Assembly (NCBI GenBank): GCA_965224705.1
Contig: OZ245056.1
Coordinates: 2,048,001 to 2,112,000, forward strand
DNA length: 64,000 nt
Origin: Spirochaetaceae bacterium
GTDB lineage: Bacteria > Spirochaetota > Spirochaetia > DSM-2461
Direction: 5' to 3'
The notes below the pieces were generated by a model that saw only the letters and a list, made by a program, of their open reading frames with translations, ran no database searches and was not told where the DNA came from. Positions 56,969-64,000 of this stretch are shown one piece after another. Position numbers and translations under genes: made by a program. Numbering within the stretch: the stretch's first letter is position 1; every line of letters begins with the position of its first letter.

Positions 56969-58248
56969 CCAGAGAAGGGCTGCTCCGCCATCGCCTTGAG
57001 CGTCGCTTGTGGATCGTGTACAAATGGTAGTTTGGGAACAAGAGTTTCGGGGGGCAGCATACCCCATAGGGATTGGACAATATTGGCCCACATCACCGAA
57101 TCTTTCGGAAGGTTGCGTGTAAATGAGATGTCAATCTTCGATATATCTGGCGGCTCGCTCGGGAATGCCGTTGCTGTCGCTACCAGCCTCAGCCGCTCAC
57201 GGAGTCCCTGTGTGAAGTACGATTCCTTCACTGCCGCCATCAGCTCAAAGAGGGCAAACAGGTACTGAAAGGCCTCTCCGCTCTTCTGCCCCAACACCGC
57301 CGGATCAGTCATATCCGGGACAAAAGATTGACGATAAATCTCATTACGCAAAAGAGCGATTAGATCGCGCCTGGCAGATTGGGATTCATCTTTTGTGAGA
57401 TATCGCAGGTCATCAGAATCCTTGTCAAGGCCATCAATGACCCGCAGCTTGGCCAGTTTCTCCACAGCGTCATCATCCAGTACCCTGCCAAACATAAGCA
57501 GAACTGCTTCGGCAAATTTCTCTTCATCGTCCGCATAGCTGGACACCAGCGAGTCATAGGCATCAATGAGGCCCTGAATGGGCTCAATGTCTCCTATGGA
57601 GTTTCGATTGTTGCGAAAGATGGCAAGCGGTACCGCTTTGTATGGGTGGAACTGCTCGGTCTCTCGAACTTCCAGACAGCCGTGATTCCAGACGTATTTC
57701 TGGATGACATCCGGGTAATATATGTCAATCAATTTTTGACTGCTCCAGGCGTCCTTGCCCATCACATCATACATTCTGATTGCGGTAATCAGCCGCGGCC
57801 GTACCTCAAAGGAATACACCGGGACAATCTCGGCTGGCGAAACGCGGGCAAAATTTTCCTCCGCATCCTCATCTATCCAGTGAAGCTCATAGGCCTCGCC
57901 ATAGATCGCCTGATCCTGCCCCAACTCAGCGTTGAGCAGTTCCTCACCGTTGTGGGCGAAAGCCTCCTCGATTCGGGAAAAGTCCCCGCCTGCCAAATCT
58001 TCGGCATCGTATTTAATGAGTCCAGGCTTGTAGAGGAAACCGGTTATTATGGTAATCAGACTCCTGGCATACGGAACTACAATCTTCCTGCCGCTCTCCT
58101 TCTCTGCAATCGCCCTGTGACGGCCAAGGTAATAACCCTGGAGTTCTTTGAAGCGGGCCGCCTCTTCCTGTCTTCCCGCCAGTATTTCAAGAATCCGCTT
58201 TTCACTGATTCTGCCGTCCTCCAGATTGGCCTTATACTGCCGCATCAT
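56965..58248 (-). CDS. Portal protein (SPP1 gp6-like)
   Basis: YYLGRH, IYGEAYEL, VPLAIFRNN, LIDAYD and FTRNLP motifs. Confidence 0.93.
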   Translation of the reverse strand: MMRQYKANLEDGRISEKRILEILAGRQEEAARFKELQGYYLGRHRAIAEKESGRKIVVPYARSLITIITGFLYKPGLIKYDAEDLAGGDFSRIEEAFAHNGEELLNAELGQDQAIYGEAYELHWIDEDAEENFARVSPAEIVPVYSFEVRPRLITAIRMYDVMGKDAWSSQKLIDIYYPDVIQKYVWNHGCLEVRETEQFHPYKAVPLAIFRNNRNSIGDIEPIQGLIDAYDSLVSSYADDEEKFAEAVLLMFGRVLDDDAVEKLAKLRVIDGLDKDSDDLRYLTKDESQSARRDLIALLRNEIYRQSFVPDMTDPAVLGQKSGEAFQYLFALFELMAAVKESYFTQGLRERLRLVATATAFPSEPPDISKIDISFTRNLPKDSVMWANIVQSLWGMLPPETLVPKLPFVHDPQATLKAMAEQPFSG

Positions 58249-59492
58249 ATCCTGAGCCTCGCCCTATCCAATGGTTTTGTTGGCTGCTCATCCTTATGCC
58301 AGAGATGTTCCACCGCGTAACGGCAAGCCGCTATAGCATCATCCTTAAAATTCACCGGCTCATCCAAAAGATTGCCCTCCCTGTCTTCAGCCCACTTGCA
58401 GCTTTGCAATTCAGCCAGTAAGCCGGGGCACCTGTCAGGATCAACAAACCACTTCCGGCCTCTTAAAAAGTCAATCCCATAGCGCACCGAGTGTTTCCCC
58501 TTCTTGGCTGCCCGGACCCGGAAACCAGCCTTACGCCACTCCTTGATCCGATCCGGCTCCGCAGAGTCCGCTGTGCACAGCTGGCCCTTATCCAGCGGAC
58601 CATTGTCCTTCACATACTCAATAATCTCGCCATTGGTCATTTGTGAGAGATACAACTCGTCGAAGCTGTAAAGGTTCCCATCCTTCAGACCAATAAGCTC
58701 AATAGCATTCTTGTGGTTGAAACCGAAATCCTGCCCTGCAAGAACCTGGTCAAAATCATCCAGGCTATATGGACAGGAAACAGATTCCCAGTTGCCGAAG
58801 ACAAGACCGCTCAATACGCCCCACTCCCCAAGGGCGTACACATCGTGCAGGGCGCGATCAATATCCTTTAAGCCAATAAGGGTTTGATGATATCCTGAGT
58901 CGACCCACTTGTTATCCTTGTAGGTTGTCTTGAGTATCGTTGTGTCCGTCTGCTCCCTGTCGAAAAACCTTGACTTAATCCAGTGAGCAGCCGAGATAGG
59001 GTTAAAGGACAGAGTTATCTGAAACGGCACACGGGCCTTGCCGCGAAGCCGCAGAGACAACTGATTATAGTCGGCCTCAGTAATTTCCGTTGCTTCCTCA
59101 ACCCAGATATCCGTGACCGGCCCCCGTTCAAAGGTGACACTCTTGATTTTTTCGACATCGTCCAGTCCGGCAAAGCGGATGCCATTGCCGTTGCTGCACG
59201 TTATCTCAAGGTCACTCTTGTTGACCTTAAAAAGACCAATAAGCCCCCACTGGCCGATAACCGACAAAATCTGCGGGAAGGTCGATATCCGATTTGTCCG
59301 GCCAACCTTGCGGATTACAAGCAGGTTATGCCCCGGCTCGGCCACTGCCCGGAACACCGCGCGCTGAGCGGTAAACACCGACTTCCCGGAACCGGCACCG
59401 CCATAGATAATATTCAGCCGCTGTTTGTCCCACAACAGAGGATAGTACGCCTTGTTGATCCACGCGGGCAGCCTGGAAAAATCAACTTTCAT
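58245..59492 (-). CDS. terL: Terminase large subunit (PBSX family)
   Basis: YGGAGSGKS, WVEEATE, SFNP, ADSAEP and DDAIAACRYA motifs. Confidence 0.96.
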   Translation of the reverse strand: MKVDFSRLPAWINKAYYPLLWDKQRLNIIYGGAGSGKSVFTAQRAVFRAVAEPGHNLLVIRKVGRTNRISTFPQILSVIGQWGLIGLFKVNKSDLEITCSNGNGIRFAGLDDVEKIKSVTFERGPVTDIWVEEATEITEADYNQLSLRLRGKARVPFQITLSFNPISAAHWIKSRFFDREQTDTTILKTTYKDNKWVDSGYHQTLIGLKDIDRALHDVYALGEWGVLSGLVFGNWESVSCPYSLDDFDQVLAGQDFGFNHKNAIELIGLKDGNLYSFDELYLSQMTNGEIIEYVKDNGPLDKGQLCTADSAEPDRIKEWRKAGFRVRAAKKGKHSVRYGIDFLRGRKWFVDPDRCPGLLAELQSCKWAEDREGNLLDEPVNFKDDAIAACRYAVEHLWHKDEQPTKPLDRARLRI

Positions 59493-59922
59493 CGCCAGAA
59501 TAGTCCTTTGGCGGCATCCCTATTGCAATCGTATCGCTTGTAGTATGAACTTCTTGCTTATCCCTCCAGCGATCGGGGCGACGATTTTTGAGCCAGAAGA
59601 TCATTGATGTGGGATCGGGAGGATAATGTTTGATAACCTCCTTTGTCACGATATCCCCATCGTGGAGAAAGACCTTGGTGTCCGGGGCCTCATAGCCGAT
59701 CGCACGCAGAAAAATGGCTCGCTCCACCCGTTCATCAGGATACTCCCGGCCTGTTTTCAGCGCTTCGGCAAATTCAGGATATCTGGCCTGCCAATTGTGC
59801 AGGGTCCGTTTCGAGATACCCATTTTCGCGGCAATGTCCTCGGCCACCAGTCCAAGCCTGGCAAGACTCTCGGCAATGAGAGGATGGTATTTACTACTGT
59901 ACTTTGATGGTCGTCCGGCCAT
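59482..59922 (-). CDS. terS: Terminase small subunit
   Basis: MAGRPSKY, HTH, PPDPTSMIFWLKNRRPDRWRDK. Confidence 0.9.
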   Translation of the reverse strand: MAGRPSKYSSKYHPLIAESLARLGLVAEDIAAKMGISKRTLHNWQARYPEFAEALKTGREYPDERVERAIFLRAIGYEAPDTKVFLHDGDIVTKEVIKHYPPDPTSMIFWLKNRRPDRWRDKQEVHTTSDTIAIGMPPKDYSGDES

Positions 59923-59950
59923 GTCGGAACGACTGTATCACAGCTATTAT

Positions 59951-59975
59951 TGACAAATCTAATTAAGATTTGTCA
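59951..59975 (-). promoter_or_regulatory. Candidate Mor-box late promoter (packaging operon)
   Basis: Perfect TGACAAATCT-TAATT-AGATTTGTCA, 13 nt, TACAGT with TGn extension. Confidence 0.75.
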
Positions 59976-60246
59976 TTTTTTTCACAACCCTACGGATGGT
60001 TCTTGTTGATAGGTGGAATCTTGATGCGATAATTTTATACGCGTTTTCGGAGAGCACATTATTATAGAGTAGATGATTGTATGCCTTGAGAATATCCTTA
60101 TTCCGCCATTCGTACAGCCTGGACCTCGGTATGTAAATTGATCGTCCGCCAAAAATCTCAATAAAATCTCTGTACTTTTCTTCTCCGAGCAATCGCTTGA
60201 TTTCGGCTTCATCAGGATCGAATATATTTTCATTTTTGGCGTGCAT
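59959..60246 (-). CDS. Mor/C-family transcription activator
   Basis: LGEE..FIEIFGGRSIYIP..RNKDI and C-terminal HTH IASRFHLSTRTIRRVV. Confidence 0.88.
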   Translation of the reverse strand: MHAKNENIFDPDEAEIKRLLGEEKYRDFIEIFGGRSIYIPRSRLYEWRNKDILKAYNHLLYNNVLSENAYKIIASRFHLSTRTIRRVVKKMTNLN

Positions 60247-60257
60247 TTATTCGTCCT

Positions 60258-60632
60258 CTATGTTTCGATGAACTCAACATCTTTCCCAAGATTTGATAGA
60301 AACAGGTGCCGCTTGAGGCTGTACAGCTGTGTGCGGTACCCCTTCACATCTTCTACCACCACACGTTTTTTTGTCTCATCGAAGTACCGGAAGTCGGCCA
60401 CATACACCTTCTCTCGATACTTCAGGCCATTGCGGGAAAATCCCGCGGCAATGACAAACCTGGGCTGCCGTTCCAGGTCTCTGATTTGCCCGGCTTTCTG
60501 AAGCAGCAGGAGATCAGCATACCGCCAGGCCTCTTTACGGCTATGGAAAGTGATGCCATCCAGCTGTGTCAGTACTGCTTTATACTTGTTCGCGGCTCTT
60601 TTCCAGACCTCTTTCCCTTTAGATTCGTTCAT
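60258..60632 (-). CDS. DUF1064-family putative nuclease
   Basis: NKYKA..DGITFHSRKEA, LERQPRF, YVADFRY and VVEDVKG motifs. Confidence 0.9.
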   Translation of the reverse strand: MNESKGKEVWKRAANKYKAVLTQLDGITFHSRKEAWRYADLLLLQKAGQIRDLERQPRFVIAAGFSRNGLKYREKVYVADFRYFDETKKRVVVEDVKGYRTQLYSLKRHLFLSNLGKDVEFIET

Positions 60633-60660
60633 TTCCCCCCCTTTTCCGTTCTATTTTATG

Positions 60661-61061
60661 CTCCGTGTTCCACACTGTTCCACACTGTTCCACATTGTGG
60701 AACAAATAAATATTTACTATATATAGAATTAAAAATAAGTGTTCCACACTGTGGAACACTCTTAATTTTTTTTCCCATAATAATTTACAGCGTAATTTTA
60801 AGGGTTTTTCGAATAATTTTTCGCAATATATACGCATGTGCGCGCGCATGCGCGTACATGCGCGTACGCGCGCGCATACGTATATATATATTTTTTTAGT
60901 AAATATAGTTATAATATTGAGGAATAAATCTTTACCGGGCAAATATTTAAAAGTGTTCCACAGTGTGGAACAGTGTGGAACACTCAAAATTAATTTCTTT
61001 CTATAAAAAGACTTATTTTTGGAAAAGTGTTCCACAGTGTGGAACAGTGTGGAACACGGAG
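60661..61061. repeat. Large palindromic iteron region; candidate replication origin
   Basis: Many TGTTCCACA/TGTGGAACA units, 27-bp terminal IR, AT-rich spacers, central alternating purine-pyrimidine tract. Confidence 0.75.
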
Positions 61062-61078
61062 GAACACCCGAAAAGATT

Positions 61079-63610
61079 CTATTCACCTTCTTTCCATCTT
61101 AAAACCACACAGCGGTCAGTTTTACCGGCCATTCTCACATTACGGAACTTCGTTCGGTCACTGCCTTTATTAACAGTAAACTGCGGATGTCTCATCAGAA
61201 CCTTTTGATAGACCTCATACCCCTGCTCACGCATGTACTGCTTTAACTCCGGGTTACTGGTCGATATGGCCAGGAGGAGCTGCTCATCCTCCATGAACAG
61301 CCGCAGGCCGCGCCGTCTGAGAATCCTGTCAATCCCCTCCACATCATGATTTCCGTAAGGGTCTGAAGTGAGGCCCCATTGGTTCGTGTTCTTTGCCACA
61401 ATCTCCAGTGCCTCGGCGGCCGACAGTTCAAGAGAAGGGCTGACTCGGAGGGGCCAATGGAGGAGGGCCTCAAGGGCCGTATCCTCATCGGTCTTTCCGG
61501 CCTCGTATAAATGCGGTTCCAGATCCGCATAGTAGTCCTGCAGGCGGTCTCTTATCTTCCTGTCCGCTTTTGAGTAGGGTTTAGGGGAAATAAGGAGAAA
61601 GGCCCCGGCGAAGATTGGCGCCCAGGTATCGGCCGCCCGGCCCGGCACATGACAGATTTTCATATGGTCTCTGATGCCCTTTTCAGCTTCCACTAAATCA
61701 TGCAGTCTGCTGAATGCCAGGCCCCGTATTCCGGCCATATCCAGGCTTCCCTTAAAACTACCCTTTGGCTTGGAGAGTTCGACAGAGACAATCCTCGAAG
61801 CGTTGGCGGCGTTTTTTAAAATTGGCTGCACACTGGCAAAGCAGAAGCTCATCCGCGTTTTGAACCGAACAGCCCCGTGGCCCGCTGAGCCCTTGATGAT
61901 TTCCGATCCCCCATAGGCGGAGCGGGCCAATGTTAAAATACCCTCCACCATGGTGGCGGATTTCGCACTGTCGGCTTCAAACTCGTCGAGCAGCACCGGG
62001 CGGCAATCCTGACCGATGGCCTGCCGCAGGCCTGCCTCGCTGGTTCGGCCCTCGGCCCGGATGATGGCCCTGCCCAGGGCCGGTGCAATGACTGAATCAA
62101 GCAGCATGGTCTTGCCCGTGCCGGAGGAGCCTGTTATCCACAGGTGGGGAGATCGGGCGAACAAGCTTGACCAGGGCGCAATCACACACCAGCCGGCGAC
62201 GGCCAGGCACTCCAGCTCTGTCGCAAAGCCGAATGTGCCCAGTTCTTCCCAGAACCTGCTGATCTCCTGTAAGGTCCATGTTTTCTTCGGAATTTCCAGA
62301 TGGAAAGCTCCCCGGCAAAAAGTCAGTTCTCCCCGGTAGTCCTCGTAGCTTAAGGGCTCACCTCCCCATGGAATCAGTTCTCGTCCCGTATTGAGGATAA
62401 TCCGCCCATTGTCCATGTGGGGCCCCACGCCCAGCACAGCGGAATGATCAAACACTCCCTTCTTAAGGCAGATTGAACGCAGATATTCAATGGCCTGAGT
62501 TTTAGCGAAGCGGCCGTTGGATTGAAACCTGCTCTGCCACCAGCTGATGGGAGCAACGTTGCCCAGATCACCGGCAATTCCCGTGTCACTCCTGGAGAGG
62601 CTGAGGGGTATCTTCTGACGGCCCGGCAGTACCCAATAGTGCCTCTCATCAAACCCCAGGGGAATGAACGGCAGAGATTCATCGGCTTCAAGGGATTCGT
62701 CTTTTTCACCTGCCAGAAGAGTTTTTTTCAGCACATTAAGGGCGGCCTCCACGCCGCGATCTTCAATCATATCGGCGATGTCATAGCCCCTGGACTGGCT
62801 GTCATCAGGTTCCACCAGCAGCACCCTGGCCCCATGCGAACGGAGCTTTGATGCAATTCTCCTGGCGGCCTTCATTCCTTCCTCATCGTTGTCCGGCCAG
62901 ATAACGGCTTCCCGGCCATAGACCGTTGACCAATCGGATTGGTTGGCGGCACTGCAGCCGCCATGCCAGCTCACCGGCCGCCATCCATCAAGCTGTGCCG
63001 CGGCATCCGCGCACTTCTCCCCTTCGACAACCAGTAACCGTTCCCCGCCATCCGGCTTTCCGCTATGGTACAGAGGCATTTTTCCCGGAGGACGCCCCGT
63101 CACCCATCCGGTTTCGGTGTGGCAGAAAGGTATAATATTCTTTTTGCCTTCAAAATTCACATAGCGGACCGTTCCCATTATCAGGGCCCCTGCTTTATCA
63201 AAGAATTGGTAGACCGCCTTCACCTGCCCCCATCTTTTCCGCCTGTACTGCTGCATTGCGGACTCTTTCAGACCCGTGAGCGTTCCTCCCGGAGCGGGAG
63301 GCAGTTTTTTCTTGTTTTTCTGCCGGATTGGCGCAGAAGAGGCCCCTGAGGCGCGCTCAATAATGGATTGGGCCGCCTGACGGGGCTCCATGCTGCGAAC
63401 CTGTGCCACAAGATCAATGAAACTCCCCCCCCTATTTGCATCCCCATAATCTACCCACAGTCCTTGCTCGTTAATGGCCAGGGAGGGAGTTCTTTCGGAA
63501 CGGAATGGGGAGGGAATAAAATATTCCTTCCCATTCCATTTTCCTTGCGGAAAATACTCTGAAATAAGGGCGGGTGAGACCAATTTTTTTGCTTCATCGA
63601 ATATGTTCAA
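61079..63610 (-). CDS. Primase-helicase (CHC2-like domain, Toprim, P-loop ATPase)
   Basis: SPFRSERTPS, VVEGEKCADA, WPDND, GSSGTGKT and LLDEFE motifs. Confidence 0.88.
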   Translation of the reverse strand: MNIFDEAKKLVSPALISEYFPQGKWNGKEYFIPSPFRSERTPSLAINEQGLWVDYGDANRGGSFIDLVAQVRSMEPRQAAQSIIERASGASSAPIRQKNKKKLPPAPGGTLTGLKESAMQQYRRKRWGQVKAVYQFFDKAGALIMGTVRYVNFEGKKNIIPFCHTETGWVTGRPPGKMPLYHSGKPDGGERLLVVEGEKCADAAAQLDGWRPVSWHGGCSAANQSDWSTVYGREAVIWPDNDEEGMKAARRIASKLRSHGARVLLVEPDDSQSRGYDIADMIEDRGVEAALNVLKKTLLAGEKDESLEADESLPFIPLGFDERHYWVLPGRQKIPLSLSRSDTGIAGDLGNVAPISWWQSRFQSNGRFAKTQAIEYLRSICLKKGVFDHSAVLGVGPHMDNGRIILNTGRELIPWGGEPLSYEDYRGELTFCRGAFHLEIPKKTWTLQEISRFWEELGTFGFATELECLAVAGWCVIAPWSSLFARSPHLWITGSSGTGKTMLLDSVIAPALGRAIIRAEGRTSEAGLRQAIGQDCRPVLLDEFEADSAKSATMVEGILTLARSAYGGSEIIKGSAGHGAVRFKTRMSFCFASVQPILKNAANASRIVSVELSKPKGSFKGSLDMAGIRGLAFSRLHDLVEAEKGIRDHMKICHVPGRAADTWAPIFAGAFLLISPKPYSKADRKIRDRLQDYYADLEPHLYEAGKTDEDTALEALLHWPLRVSPSLELSAAEALEIVAKNTNQWGLTSDPYGNHDVEGIDRILRRRGLRLFMEDEQLLLAISTSNPELKQYMREQGYEVYQKVLMRHPQFTVNKGSDRTKFRNVRMAGKTDRCVVLRWKEGE

Positions 63611-63651
63611 CTTTCCCCTTCCCTTGTTTTAACATCGTATTTTCCATGACT

Positions 63652-63999
63652 TCACACCCACACATAGCAAAAGTCTCTCGGAGGACTTTTAACTCCATAA
63701 GCCGAGAGAGGGCGGTCATGTTTATAGCGTGTGCTCGACTTCACTTCTATCGCGTAACCAATCGTCCTTCCCCAAAAATATTTTCGGAAGAACGGCCAAA
63801 CGTCCATATCGGTCATGCTAAAAAACGAACAATTGTTTCTCTTTCCGAAGCGCATATACAAGAGATATGGATTGTCTTTCCAGATTTTTCCAATTTCGAA
63901 TTCTCCTATGACTTTCTGCACCGGCGAAGATGCATAAATGAGCACTTTTGTGACACTCTTGTCGTGAAAAACTCTCCGCCTGAACTCGTACTTTTTGCT
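63652..63999 (-). CDS. ASCH-domain protein, 5'-partial
   Basis: Frame open to the window edge: SKKYEFRRR..VLIYASSPVQKVIGEF. Confidence 0.8.
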   Translation of the reverse strand, partial: SKKYEFRRRVFHDKSVTKVLIYASSPVQKVIGEFEIGKIWKDNPYLLYMRFGKRNNCSFFSMTDMDVWPFFRKYFWGRTIGYAIEVKSSTRYKHDRPLSAYGVKSPPRDFCYVWV

Positions 64000-64000
64000 T

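Larger units (their letters stand above)
35884..64000 (-). mobile_element. Siphovirus-type prophage (continues beyond the window)
   Basis: att site followed by co-oriented lysis, tail, head, packaging and replication modules; no sheath gene. Confidence 0.95.

Noticed and set aside
56969..57091. N-terminal extension of the MuF ORF; similar extensions at 14999-15178 and 13360-13434
   Set aside because: They overlap upstream genes, and better starts exist at stop-start overlaps or RBS sites.

Overview
Bacterial chromosomal window, probably from a spirochaete (inferred from FSC/ASC-type lipoboxes, a DUF261-like protein and the transposase types; not confirmed). Four blocks: (1) 1-2.6 kb, exported or outer-membrane proteins. 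(2) 2.75-19.0 kb, a minus-strand aryl-polyene (ape)-type type II PKS/FAS cluster whose ammonia-lyase carries an in-frame TGA and whose thioesterase is deleted to a stub fused to the LolA-like gene. (3) 19-26.5 kb, housekeeping genes (tRNA-Met, META lipoprotein, rph, polyprenyl synthetase, Ldh_2-family dehydrogenase, mdh) interspersed with one inverted-repeat family and an IS1-like transposase. It is followed by a 26.5-35.9 kb island with two GC-rich secreted WD40-caspase paralogues, a Fic gene and IS remnants. (4) From a tRNA-Leu 3'-fragment att site at about 35.9 kb to the window end, a siphovirus-type prophage on the minus strand (lysis, tail, head, packaging, Mor-type activator, origin-like palindrome, primase-helicase). 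The best leads are: a MuF head protein with a CdiA-like nuclease tip, followed not by an immunity gene but by a promoter-driven structured RNA back-to-back with a candidate Mor box; three conserved candidate Mor-box late promoters; a tail-tip protein with two gene-converting 8-repeat propellers; WD40-caspases diversifying at sensor positions; and an unusual overprinted spanin-like pair.
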